Below are positions 14,119-26,894 of a stretch of 64,000 bases of DNA, piece after piece. The notes beneath the pieces are model-generated. The model searched no databases. It was not told the origin of the DNA and saw only the letters and a list, made by a program, of their open reading frames with translations. The first letter of the stretch is position 1. Each line of letters opens with the position of its first letter. The translations under genes and the position numbers were made by a program. Origin of the DNA: Antechinus flavipes (lineage: Eukaryota); assembly GCF_016432865.1 (NCBI RefSeq), contig NC_067400.1, forward strand, positions 77,314,001-77,378,000. The letters run 5' to 3'.

Positions 14119-14774
14119 TGGAATTGCATTTCTTTATGTTGGAAAATTATGACATCTCTGTGTTTCTATTTACAAGAAACTTTGAAATTTTTTATATGCC
14201 ACGAGGAATGGAATTTTCTGGCATGTATGTTTATAAAAAGGCACACTAAATACACACACACTCACACACTCACACACTCACACATATTTCCTTGTGGCAT
14301 CCCATGGCATTTGCACACTTTGCCGAGCCTTGGTTTTAGTTTTCTCAATCAACTATGCAGTATGATTCCAACAATAAGACACTTGCTGCCATGAATTAGA
14401 TCTCCATTAAATACATGGTTAGCCAAGCTTTGCCCTATAAGATTCGCAACCAGTTCTCAAAAGTAAACACATTTTTTATTTTAAGAGTACACAAACTATT
14501 TAAAAATAACTGTTTAAGAACTGACTTTAAAAGAAGCAATAGCTTTGATAAAGCTCTTGGGTTCCAAGTCCCTTTGGCTGAGTGATGCGATTTATTGCAG
14601 CCAATAGCTTTATTTGAAAACTCTGTTTTATTGCTAACAAAAAAAAACATACAATAAAAGCACTTTGAGACAGGCCTTAAGTTAAAACCATTGCAGACAG
14701 CTGACTTTGGAAACAGTGGGGGCAAGAGCTGCTGATGTTATTGTTGAACACATCTTTTCTAAGTGCTTTGTCAA

Positions 14775-15226
14775 NNNNNNNNNNNNNNNNNNNNNNNNNN
14801 NNNNNNNNNNNNNNNNNNNNNNNNNNNNNNNNNNNNNNNNNNNNNNNNNNNNNNNNNNNNNNNNNNNNNNNNNNNNNNNNNNNNNNNNNNNNNNNNNNNN
14901 NNNNNNNNNNNNNNNNNNNNNNNNNNNNNNNNNNNNNNNNNNNNNNNNNNNNNNNNNNNNNNNNNNNNNNNNNNNNNNNNNNNNNNNNNNNNNNNNNNNN
15001 NNNNNNNNNNNNNNNNNNNNNNNNNNNNNNNNNNNNNNNNNNNNNNNNNNNNNNNNNNNNNNNNNNNNNNNNNNNNNNNNNNNNNNNNNNNNNNNNNNNN
15101 NNNNNNNNNNNNNNNNNNNNNNNNNNNNNNNNNNNNNNNNNNNNNNNNNNNNNNNNNNNNNNNNNNNNNNNNNNNNNNNNNNNNNNNNNNNNNNNNNNNN
15201 NNNNNNNNNNNNNNNNNNNNNNNNNN
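14775..15226. other. Assembly gap (N)
   Basis: Run of N. Confidence 1.
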
Positions 15227-15389
15227 AGAGGGAATTGACCACAATGTCTCTGGCTACTTGAGTGAGAGTACGAGTTAATTTAGTGAAGGAAAAAAAGACT
15301 TTGGAGGCTATGAGTCCTGTAGAGGAAGAGAGAGTTTTCCACAAAAAAACATGAAGGCACCCTTTGTAGCCAAGAAGCAATCTGAAAGA

Positions 15390-15520
15390 ACTCCTTCACC
15401 TTTTTTGGTGTATCATGGACTCATCTGAAATCTGGTGAAGTTTATGTATTGAAATATAAAAAAAAAATCTATTATATTGAAATACAGTTACCAAAGTATT
15501 AAAAGTTCCAACACCATTTG
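15390..15520. mobile_element. hAT-type MER-like DNA transposon fragment
   Basis: accttttttggtgtatcatggactc...tctggtgaagtttatg...attatattgaaatacagttacc resembles an old therian hAT MITE. Confidence 0.5.
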
Positions 15521-16994
15521 AAATCTGTGCACATGTTCTTTACCAGCCCTTGGACATCAAAGAAGGAAAAAGAACTGAGTTTTTAAAGTTTTGGAAGACT
15601 GCAGGTGTGCTTGGTGAAACCTACCTCAGATAAGCAAAAGTAAACAGAGTTGAAGGACCCAAGCTAGTAGGTTTAGCTAAATGATACAGTTATTAGACAG
15701 AATCTCTTCTTTCCTATTACCTTCTGGCAGGGGGGAAATGCTTTAATTCCTCAGTATGGCTGGGGCAGCATCATCTGTCTACTTCCTGTTTGATAAAACT
15801 GTATCAGACTACTTATTTGTTTTCAAGGCCTGAGAGATTTTGACTCAGTCCAATGCCCAAATGAATTATATATTTACAATATGGCAAGTATGGAAAACCC
15901 CAGGATATGATCACTGGGTTCAGTATTGAATCAGTTCTGAATTTACTATGGTATTGAGAAACTTTTATAGGGAACTTGGCCTATTTGTTCCCTCCAACTC
16001 TCTTGTTAGACTTTTGGATTTCCTCTACCTACTTTTTGAGCATTTCTTTAAACCATTCTTAAAATATGAATTTGTCCCCTTCTAGTTGTGACAAGCTGCT
16101 TCATAGCTCTCCTCGAGTCTTCCTGAAAATCTTCCTAGAAGTCTTTTCTTTGTCATCTAAAGGCAGCCCTGAAATGGACTTGACATTTCTAGATGCTGAG
16201 GATATTTTCAGCTTTTGGCCACCTGTCTTTTTCTTTTGATTACTGACCCAGTGTTCTTGGGCTTTATATCTTTACCTTTCTATCCCTCCAGCTGGAGTCT
16301 TAAGCCTGCTGTGCCAAAAAAAAAAAAAAAAAAAAAAAAATTAAAGCCAAATGCTATAATCCAGGTTACAATCTGCCCATTGTTGGTATTCAATAGATGT
16401 CATTTATGTTAATAGTTTAAAAAAAAAGCAACCCAAAACCTCAGCATTACTAATAGGATCATAATAACATCCACTCCCATTTGCAAAGTGGACATACTGA
16501 GGAGACTACACAGATCCCCTGCTTGATTTTTCCAAGGTCACACAGCAAACTGGTAGCATGCTGATTTAGACTGAATTTCATCCTTAAGGCAGCATTTCCT
16601 TTCTAATAGAAAACAATATAACCTGACAAAGCTGGTGACACATGAAAGCTATGGCCAGTCAGAGATCATCAATCTTTTCCATGTGTTGCGTTTTGCAGTT
16701 GTTGCTTTTTTTCCCTTAATCACAGGATATAGGAAATCTTATTTCTAATGCATGCAAAGTCTGTCCACTGGACCGAGTGTGTAGAAATAGCCTTTAATTG
16801 GCAGGTTTGAACAACACCAAAAAATAAGTTGGCCCTTCTTGATTTCTTCTAGCTATGAGTGATCTCTCCCTCCTGAAATTGTGATTTACTTTCTTGGGTA
16901 CGAGCTATATTCTTCTAATAGAAGGCAAGCTCTGTAGGTTTAGGGCTCTCTTAGGACATGTCTTTGTATTCCTGTCACTTCATTTTGCACATGA

Positions 16995-17260
16995 TGTGCA
17001 GAAGAGTGTTGGTAAATGTTGAACAACATTTTTTACGGAGTGGTGAGGGGTGGGGGTGGGAGGGGAGAAACAAACTGCTATGTATATGATACACTTTAAA
17101 TTTAATCTGTATTATTAATATTTTCTCCTTTCTCACTTGTAGACAATCAACAAAACAATAAATCCAGCTGGGATTTGTAGCATTTATTGATTTCCAAGCT
17201 TTCAAAGCTCACATTGAAAATTTAACAATCAGCTTTCTTGAGTTAGTTAGAACTGGCTCT
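16995..17260 (+). mobile_element. Old hAT (Blackjack/MER63-like) DNA transposon fragment, copy 1
   Basis: ggtaaatgttgaacaac...tttaatctgtattattaatattt...gacaatcaacaaaacaataaatc...ctcacattgaaaatttaacaatc; homologous by eye to 34225-34420. Confidence 0.65.
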
Positions 17261-17277
17261 GGGATAATCCTATATTT

Positions 17278-17420
17278 GTTATTATTGTTGAGTTGTGTCT
17301 GACTCTTCTTGATGTCATTTTGAAGTTTTCTTGACAGAGATACTAGAGTAGTTTTTGCCATTTCCTTCTCTAGCTCGTTTTACAGAAGAGGAAACTGAGG
17401 CAAATAGTATTAAATAAGTA
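17278..17420 (-). mobile_element. MAR1-type CORE-SINE (3' part)
   Basis: ttttcttgacagagatactagagtag...gccatttccttctctagctcgttttacagaagaggaaactgaggcaaa. Confidence 0.8.
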
Positions 17421-17693
17421 AGTCTAACTGATCACAGCAGCCTGAAGACTTACTCATGGGATCAAAAATCTTAGCGTTTGAGAGACCTTAGTAGTTATCT
17501 GATGGATTTTAGATGAGAAAATGTGAAGCCCAGATGATTTGCTGAGAATCACAAGGTAACATGTTACATAGCTCAGTTCCAAAGTCAACTCCTGTGACTC
17601 CAAGGTTTATTCTTCTTCCTTGGTACCTAACATCAATCCTGATGTTGAGAATGTTGTTGTTCCTCATTTCTTCAGTAATATCCAATTCTTCAT

Positions 17694-17882
17694 GAGGTTT
17701 TCTTGGCAAAGATACAAGAGTGATTTGCCATTTCTTTTTTCCAGCTGATTTCCCAGATGAGGAAACTGAGGCAAACAGGGTTAAGTGACTTGTCCAGGGT
17801 CACACAGCTGAGGCAGGATTTGAAGTTGTGTCTTCCTGACTTCAGCCTTCAGGCTCTATCCATTGTACTACCTAGCTACCCA
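17694..17882 (-). mobile_element. MAR1-type CORE-SINE
   Basis: ttttcttggcaaagatacaagagtgatttgccattt...gaggaaactgaggcaaacagggttaagtgacttg...ctacctagctaccc. Confidence 0.85.
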
Positions 17883-19899
17883 GACGTTGAGAATAGTCCT
17901 TGTCATTGCAGAGAGCCAGTGAGTGATAAGGCAAATGAGAAGTGAAAAAAAAAAAAAAAGGAAATAGCCCCTTTTATATTTTCATGGTAAAATTGACACA
18001 GCCTGCTAGCTGGCCCTACCCACGGGTAGTATTTGCTTTGTGGTTTATGGTTCCTCCTCCCAGTGGTAAAGGCTAGTAGGGTCACAAGACCTGATACTGT
18101 TTGTTTCATTAGAAAACATATGGTAAGGCACTAATGGGTCTGGAATGGACTAGAAGCCCAGATTATCATGCCAAATGTCAGGGTGAGGTGGAAAGGAACA
18201 ATAAGGATCTATCTATTTGTCCTTGTTCTTCCGCACTTGAAAGGGTTGAAAGTCCTCTGCTTTCTTGCATTTAAAATTTGAGAGTATTTCATTTTGTTGA
18301 CATGGAAGAAGAAATAAAAGAAAACTTAAAATTATATCTCTTCCAGGAAAAAAAAAATCTGTAGCCCCACATTGTTTTGAAGAGTTAGTTTTAAGACTTA
18401 AAAAAATATATATATTTTTTCCATTTTTCCCCTTCCTTCTAACCTTAAGGTTAGTTCCCCTGATGGGCCTATTTACTGAGGTTTCTGGGATTTGGGCTGA
18501 GCTGGGAAGAATAGGCCAAAAAAACTTTCCCCAGTCAGAATTTAACTGGTTTGGCTGGCCTGAACTTGGGATCACTGTTGTGGCAACCAGAGACAGATAA
18601 TTTTTTGTTTTTGTTTTTCAAACTGGAGGTTATCAAAGGCTAGTGCTCTCTAGCTAACCAAGCAATTGTCTCACCAGAGCTAACAATTTAATGATGCATA
18701 GTTTCCCTCAGAGCCATTTGCAGTGCAAATCTTCCTCCCCTCCCCCACCTCTCCTATCCATAAAGGCAGGCGAGTGCAGCCCTATTTTTTTTTTTTTTTA
18801 TGATATTGCAGAGCTAATAATGATCTTTATTGATTTTTGTGAGTCTCTCCGCCACTGGGGACCTGGGGTGAGGGGGCTGGGCTCCATCCTAGCTGTGTGC
18901 TTTTTTTAAAACACGTTTTCCAGGCCTCCTTTTAGTAAAGAGCACTGGGTGGGGTTTATTTTATGTTTTGGTTTTCAGGGGATTTTTAGAGGAGTGTTAG
19001 ATTTCCGAAGGTCAAATGTACCTGCACATTTTGTTCCTCCTGAGTTAGAGCTGCCCTCCCAACCTCCGCAGAGTTGGCCAACTTTTTACCAGGGCAGCAG
19101 CCAGATCCAATTGCTTGACTCGGTGCCCTTGAGCAGAGCCTCAAGGAGCTAGTTAGTGGGTGTTGTTGGCCAGTGGAATGTGGTTGGTTATAAACTCGTG
19201 CCTACAGGAATGGGTGAGGTTTCCTCTTTGCTTAGAAAGCCAGCAAAACATCAACAGAGAGGTTATGAGTGAGGGAAAATATATCCAGACTTGGAGACCT
19301 TTAGCAAGCAAAATTCACACAGAATTTACTGAGGGATTTGGGTCTTTTAGAAGATCAGGTCAACATGCAAATATTAGGCACCCACTGTATACACAGAGCT
19401 GGGATCTGGAAGGGGAGGCATATAAACAAAAACTGAGTCACTTCCCTCAGTAGCTTAGTCTACTAGAAGGTCTGTTCATCATGTTGTTTCTTCTTCCTTC
19501 GCTTGTCCCTTTTAATATATTCTTCTTTTTGCTTCTCATCCCTTTACCTATTGTTTACAATTGAACTAGTTTCTTCCATGTGGGCAGGGAGTAATTTGTT
19601 AGTATAGAATCATGGGCATTATTATTACCAACAGGTCACCAAGAGGAGATTGGTGGCCTTCTGCTTCATGTGCTTACCTTCTATCTCTATAAAGTACTCC
19701 TGAAAATAACTTATATAGCTGGGAAGGGCCCTCTTAAAAGTATGAGAATCGAATAAACATATTTGACAAATTACATTCTACAGCAGATCTCATCTTTATA
19801 GTTGCACAGTTGACTAAAAGGTGCAGAAAAGAAAGGATTCTGTGTTATTTACTCTTTGTTTGACTATTTAAAAAATAGATTCAGGAGCACAAAATGCAG

Positions 19900-20345
19900 T
19901 CTTAACAGCTCTCTCCAGAAAGATATCTGCCGTGTATAAGTTACAATCATATGATTCCCTGATAGATATATCAAAAATGATACTTCTGTCAACAATCTAA
20001 TCGTAAACATCAGCCATTCTATAAAACAGAGAAGCACAATGTTATCAGAGGTGCTTATCACAGTCAGGGAGGATGTCTTGCTCAGGGTCCCAAAGGAAAA
20101 AATCATTCATTATATAAATGATGAGGTCCTATACATGCTTGGATTTGCAGGTGATGTTATGCTGGTTGAATTAAGTTCTAGAATTTAGGAGAATCTGCAA
20201 AGTACCATCAGAAAATCATCCCTAAAGAGTTCAGCCCATCTATATACAAAGGGAAAGCCAGGTGAATAAGGAATATCTGGTATTTATATTTTGATTTAAA
20301 GTCACTTGAACAGACCATTGAGCTGGTCTATCTCTGTATGTACAC
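19900..20345 (+). mobile_element. Degenerate RTE-clade LINE reverse transcriptase fragment
   Basis: The frame from 20102 reads IIHYINDEVLYMLGFAGDVMLVELSS, a decayed L-F-A-D-D-I-V-L RT core. Upstream NISHSIKQR resembles the RGIKQGD motif. Downstream sequence resembles the KEFGL...GKTKW and IELV motifs. Stops and frameshifts are present. Confidence 0.7.
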
Positions 20346-20474
20346 ATGTAGACATTTTAAGTATTTTTAATGTATACATACACATGTACATATATCTGTG
20401 TATACATACTTGTGTACATAAACATGTGCACACATACTGTCAGGATATACGCATTAAACATTTTCGGGTTTTTT

Positions 20475-20620
20475 TGTTATATTTGCCAATATGCCGGGTA
20501 TGGAATAAATCATTGATGTTTTGTTTTTTAACTTGTGTTTCTCTTATGAGTGATGTGGAGCATTATTTCATATACTTCTAGCTGATTTTTCTTTGGAAAA
20601 TTGTTATATCCTTTGATCCT
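20475..20620 (-). mobile_element. Old LINE-1 fragment
   Basis: gtgatgtggagcattatttcatatac...gaaaattgttatatcctttga resembles the antisense L1 ORF2 3' region. Confidence 0.6.
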
Positions 20621-20785
20621 TGGTTCATAGTCATATATATGTTTACATTAATTTTCTATTTATTTAGTGTGTATGTGTCTATATATGTTAGATATGTATG
20701 TCTGTTAATTTTCTATTTATTCATTTAGTGTGTATGTCTCTACATATATGCTATATATGCATATACACACATACATGCATATATT

Positions 20786-20818
<33 letters not shown>

Positions 20819-23016
20819 GTTTTTATTAGTGAAAATACATCCTTTTTTTTTTCTTCCCAACAATGCTGTTTTTCTGGTGAGGTTTTATGGTTACAAATCT
20901 TGAAACGCCAGTGTCTTCAAGGAATCAAAATCTCAGTTCACCCAGAGGGAAATGGAGATTATACAAAATGAACATGAGGGAACTGCAGATTCTTACACAT
21001 TATGAACTGCATGTACTATGTGACATAAAAGATGTCATTAAAACATATATATATGAATGAATGACTAGGAAAGGTGACCTAGTTGTGTAGCCACCAGAGC
21101 GAAGGATTATTATCTATTATCTGTTTGATCATCTTGATATTTTCTATCTCTCATCGATCTTCATGCCTCAAAGAGAAGGAATCTAGGTCATGCAAGATGT
21201 AGTAGCTACATTGGCCACCTTGATTTGGAACTCACGTGATGTCAGGATATTTGTGTCCCACCGGATAAGTGGATGCTGCCGGGTTGTTGTCTACAGTGTT
21301 GGAGGGAGACTATGCATTGTTGAGATCCTAAATCTAATGAAATGTTGAAATGAGAAGGATGGCACCGGGAATTCAATTTGGTAATGCTAGAATAACATCC
21401 AGGTTTGACTTTTCTATACTTTGAAAGAAGGTTTGTTGGAGATACTATTGAGGATATCCTGATTCAGTTGTCATTGGTATTCACAGAACTGGTTCATTAA
21501 GAGGGGCTAATAATATAATCCATCTTTTTTAGCATTTATGGAGCATCATTTTATGTTTAAGATGCTTCTAGTTTTTATTCTTTTCATTATTAGTGATTAT
21601 TCCATTGAGCTTAGAGTTAAGACCCATGGTAATGACTGAGATGAGTTGAGGCAGTATGGAATGATGGAAAGCACACTGTGTTTGGAGTCAGAAGATGAAT
21701 TCTGCCTATCTATGTTACCTTAGAAAAGCAATTTCCTTCACATCTCTGGGTCTCATTTTCTCATCTATGAAATGAGGAGGCTGGATTACACGTCTTCTGA
21801 GGCCTCCTAGGATTCTATAAATGTTAAGTTAGGAGAACATAGAAAACATATGGATGTCTAGGTATGTGTCGGGGATTGAAGATAATTTTTTCAGGTTAAT
21901 TTCTTATTTGAGCAGACATTATATCTGCTCTCAATTCTCCTGTGTATTTAATAGTACATTTATTTTTGTATTGGGCTTTCTCCAATGCCAAAAAAAAAAA
22001 GGGAGAGAGATTTCTGCAGATACTAAATTCACTCACATTCTATCTTGAACCCTCAGAGGACATTTTATCTAATGCAACCAGTGCTGTTGAGGGTGACTTA
22101 TGAAACGAATCTTTCCTAGTCCATTCTTCCATGTCTCTCACTTGGCTTTCTAATAGTATTATTCCTAGAACTTTTGCCCTTAGAAAAACTATCTTCAGGG
22201 ATGTCAGTCAACCTTATATCATGGCAATTTACTCGTGAACAATGTAGTTAATATCAACTACATTTTCTAAGCAAAGAAACAGGCACAGAACTATGACTTG
22301 TCCAAGGTCACATGATGAATCAGTGATAGAACCAAGACAAGACATAATATAGTCCCCCTCAATCATCTATTCTTTCTTTAAGATGCATTTGTTTAAAAAT
22401 ATAAGCATATTTGGGATACAGGAGTCTATGTACTACATTCCTTTCAGCCCATTGGTTGCCAGATCATCAAACACAAAGATATTTACAGTCTGACCTTCAG
22501 ATTCTCTAATGTATAGCAATAGTACTACGCATTTTGCTCTTTAGCTGATATGCTGCCCTTAGAGGTAGGTCCCTTCTCTATATGTCCTCTATTTGAGGCA
22601 ACTAGTAGCTCCTAGAAGTCAGGATTTGCATACAGGAATGAGATGTTTTTTATGTAACTACTCCACTTCTGATTACTGCTAGTCTGTTTCCGGACTACTG
22701 CTGTTTTTCCTTCTTCTGAACCTCCTTGTCTGCTGCTATTACATCTTGCGTGACTGGATTCTTCTCTTTGAGCCATGAAGTTGGATGGGAGATAGAAAAT
22801 ATTGAGATGATCAAAATCAACCAAGAACTGTTAGTCCCAAGGTAGACTTAATAGAGGCTGGTTTAGTTTAACTTTATTTATATGTTTTCTTCAATTGGGA
22901 AATGTCTTTTTTAAAGTGTGTCTTAAAGAAAAGACACATCAAAATTCCTATCATCGTGTATTTTTCTTTAACTAAATAGAAACAAAATGGGCTTCTAATA
23001 AGCTACAAATTTGAAG

Positions 23017-23240
23017 TTTCTCTTTCTGTCTCTCTCCCTCTCTCTCTGCCCCTCCCCCTTCTTCCCTTTCCCTCTTCCCCCTCCTCTCCCTCCTTCCCTC
23101 CAACCTTCTCTCCCTCTCCTTCCCTTCCTCCGTGTCTCTCTCTGTCTCTCTCTCTTTCTTTCTCTCCCTCTCTCTCCCCTTCCTTTCTCCCCCCACCTCT
23201 GTCTGTCTCTGTCTCCCCTCCCACCTTTCTCTCTGTCTTT
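23017..23240. repeat. Long polypyrimidine (CT-rich) low-complexity tract
   Basis: About 220 nt of mostly C/T; it produces the spurious E/R/G-rich and L/S/P-rich ORFs. Confidence 0.95.
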
Positions 23241-23904
23241 TAAAATTCCTGCACTTCACACAACTTGCTAAAGCAGCTTTCTGTGGGCTAGTCTAGTTCC
23301 CTTCCTTCTCTGCAATTATAAGGAAGGGAAAAAAGTATTTGGGGATGGTGGAAGGGAACTTCTATCTTGACCACCCATTTCCCCTCTGAAATAAAGAGGA
23401 AATAGCCAGAGAAAAATTGAGAACTTAACAGAAGGGAGCAAAGCAATAAGTGTTTAAAATGAGACTTTAGCTCTTGTTCTTTGCTCCACCCTCCAACAAA
23501 TAAAGGAATATGCTGCGTGCTAGCTGGCATATCCAGGGGTAGGGTAGAGGTTCCCTAAAGGAAATGTGGTCTTGTGAAATGGGCTGGAGCTTGGGATTCA
23601 GCATTTTATTGTCAGCTCTGTTCCTGATTGAGAATACCTGCTTTTGTAAGAGTAGTAGAGGATTAATTGGTGGGAGATAGAGTTGGAGGGTCATTGGTTT
23701 GTTGAATTTATTGAATACTTTGAGATTCTTGGAAGTAATAGGGGTGGGTTATGAGCAATTAAAAATATTTGGGTGGTGTTCTAGGTTATACTGATGATTT
23801 AACTCTATGAACTATGGTGATAAGGATTGTGTATGGGGGGGGGGAGGCTGTGTTACATTTTATCTGAATGGCTATAAATAAAATTAGGATTATAATATTT
23901 CATA

Positions 23905-24110
23905 TCTCAGAGACAGCATGGTGGTACAATGAATTGTGTGCTAGGTGGGGAGGTAAAAAATTTGAGTTTAAATCCTTCATCAGTCACTGATTAACTAAAC
24001 GATTGGGCAAATCATTTATCTTTCTTAGTCTGTAAAATTAGGATAATAATCATACCTACCTCACATCAAATTTTGAGGATCAAATGATACAATATATGTA
24101 AGGTATTTAA
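23905..24110 (+). mobile_element. MIR (representative of many copies, e.g. about 2280-2420, 21640-21800, 37195-37385, 58455-58620)
   Basis: gagacagcatggtgg...ttgggcaaatcatttatc...tctgtaaaattaggataataatcatacctacctcaca...gaggatcaaatga. Confidence 0.75.
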
Positions 24111-26894
24111 TCAATATCCAAATATAGTATATAAATATATAAATGTTAGTGAGTACCCTGAAAAATGACTGATATGGCAGATAATTTTCAGATCTGGGGG
24201 AAAGGACATTTGTAGGAAGCATAGTCCCCATATTATTTTCCATGTAGATTATTCAATTGTACAATCAACAAGATGCTATGATCATGAGGTATAGTCTCCC
24301 TGCCTTTTGTCTTTCTTTTTTTCTGGATGCTTTCTGGAGAAGATCTTTTCTATAGTGTCTTGCCGAGATTTAGTGAATCTTGGTTAGAGAGTGTAGTATA
24401 TCTTTCACAGGGTGTGATAAAAGGGTATTCCACGTCTTTTGACTTATAGCATTTCTTTCATCCGCACAGTTGGTCCTGAATTAAGCCTGAGGGATGCAAC
24501 ACTGTTGGCTTTCCTGTCCTACTAACATTATGCCAGAGGCTCTGTTTATGGAGGATGCTCGAGCCTGGCATGACCGTGAAGCTCATGAAGATAGCAGATG
24601 CTGGTGTGGGCAGTGAAATTCTGCTCTAGGCACTGTCTCTGCTGGGGCTCCCATGCTGGGAAATTCTCAAGAGATAAAACACATTTTCTTTACAGGGAAT
24701 CTCTATTAGCAAGGTGTTCCGGTATCTGATTCAGGTTAATTACTGATATAGTTAGGTTGGTGTTTTGCCACAGTTTCTATTCCAGTAAGCAGAACATTAG
24801 GGAAAAGTCAGAATGGGTGTAGCAAGTCCCATTCAAAAAGGAATTTCCAATATGGAAAACTGAAATAAATGCCTCTATAATATAGTGATCAAAAAAAATT
24901 TCTGAATTAATCCCAAATTCAAATGCTCCTTTAAACTTTGAATTCACCTAGGATCCCCAACCTTGCTACAAAGTTCAGAGAGAAAAATCTATCATGTTTG
25001 AATGGAAATGTTCCCTAACATATGTTGGTGGATGTAACGATTGAGGCCAGATCAGATTTAGAGCATCCATAACTGTCCTTCTGTGCTTAAGGTCACTGTT
25101 TTCATAGGTCTTCAGAGTTCATTTTAAATCAGGTCAGTGCACTTTAACCTAAATTCTGTCATGCATATGTATTAACCCTCCTTGGAGGTCGAAACTACAA
25201 TCCCCATTTATATTGGAAATTTGATTTTCTTCCTCATGCTGCTAATGCTGTCCTTATGCTTCTGGGATTTCCCCTTAGTGTGGGGTGATGGTCTTTGAAA
25301 GTGTATGAAAATTGGTTCAGGCAGGAACAAAGGAGAGAGGAATTGCAGTGATGATTCAAATTAGTGTCTCTCTCTTTGAGAGTGTAGCACTTCTTCTGGT
25401 GTGAGTGTCAGCCAATATCATCAGACTTGTTCAGGGTTAAGTAAGGTTACAGAGCTATTGGGATCAGAACTTCCAGATCTCCTTTTACTTAGTCCAATGA
25501 ATGATAACTCCCTTGTCAAGTTGAGTTGAATTGTTAATTTGAAATCCCACAGCATTGTAATGTGGTTCAGAAGTGGGGCAGACACAATTTACTCTTCTTG
25601 ACATGATGGAATACTCAGCTTTTTCCTTTCTCTCTCACCTCTTCCAAGGCAACAGGTAAAAAAAAGGTTTTCTGTGGTCCTTTACAATGAGCAAAAAAGG
25701 GAAGAGCTTGGGGACTCAAGGATCTAATGATGGTTTTAGCAGGAGACATCTCAAGCACCAGTGAATAGCTTCTAAATTTCACTGCTGGTAGTTAACAAAA
25801 ATAAATTAAACAGCCCATTGATATGGCTCCACCTAAGCACATATTTAGTATATTCACCTTCCATTCTAATGTGTTTCAAGTGCTATATCCTCTTAATTAG
25901 ATTTTGGATCCTTTCCAGATTCAGTGCTTGGGGTCACATCACATCTAAGGGATTATGGTTTGAAATAACTAGCCCCCTCCTAGCAGAAAAGCTTATGTAA
26001 GTCAAACTCAAAACATGTGACAATACCCTCTTTTATCTGAAAATTATGGGAAAGTCATCAGAATGAGCTAAAAAAAGTATTCCAAAAGGATCACCTCTGA
26101 ATTAACCTTCAGGTTGGAGTTGGTAAAATTCAGAAGTTTTTGGAACTTTCCTGATGTCTGTCTTGGAATAAATAGTCTTTCATGCTAAAAGAATTGTTTT
26201 GTATGGAGAGAGTATTCTGATTCATATACCTTGCCTTTGTGATTAAAAAAAAAGTTTAAAAACAGGGTTACATAGACATATCTACAGTTCATAGGTGGCT
26301 GATGCTGTGGAAATCTGAAAGCAACAAGTTGGGTTGAGCTTTTAACCAAGAGTCCCTTAAGATGTAGAGTAATGAGCACCTGGGGTCTAGGAGAGAGGAG
26401 AAGGGGCTTGGGATATGTGCACACGTATGTGTGTGTGTGTTCGTGCATTCCGATTTTCCCCCATCACCACATGAACACCTTGAGTGCATGATGCAATACT
26501 TACTTTTTATGGAGAAATGACCTTTGTACTTACTTGAAGTGAAGCAATTGGAAGAGACCTTTGGGTTCAGTCCTATACACTGAACTTTGTTTTGAGAGAC
26601 AATTCCATTTTCAGTCACATCTAATGAGTGTGAATGAATGAATGTTTTCTCCCCACTCTATATGAATGAAGTTAAGAAGCTTTTCTTGGGCAGGAAGTTT
26701 TAGATGAGAAATTATGACAACTAGTCTTCATCTCTGGAAAAGTCTGATCTATTGCTATCAACAATCCTGTCTCCTTTTTCCATTTCGGAGAATGAGAGGG
26801 ACAATGGTACTCTGGTGAAGAGAGGGGATGTTAACATCTCCATATGTTTCTGTTATTTCCCAGAATATAATGAAGTTCTCAAAAAAAAAATGAT

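Noticed and set aside
14682-15380. Long ORFs of 150-230 aa spanning N-runs (also 515-970, 50307-50615, 52984-53235, 59988-60392)
   Set aside because: Length is an artefact of stop-free N translation.
22972-23271. E/R/G-rich and L/S/P-rich ORFs (also 27678-27953 and 47851-48126)
   Set aside because: Translations of CT/GA low-complexity tracts.
996-26497. Several TGATGCAA (ATF4/CARE) and TGA(C/G)TCA motifs scattered through intron 1
   Set aside because: Counts are about what is expected by chance for these 7-8-mers in 64 kb of AT-rich DNA.
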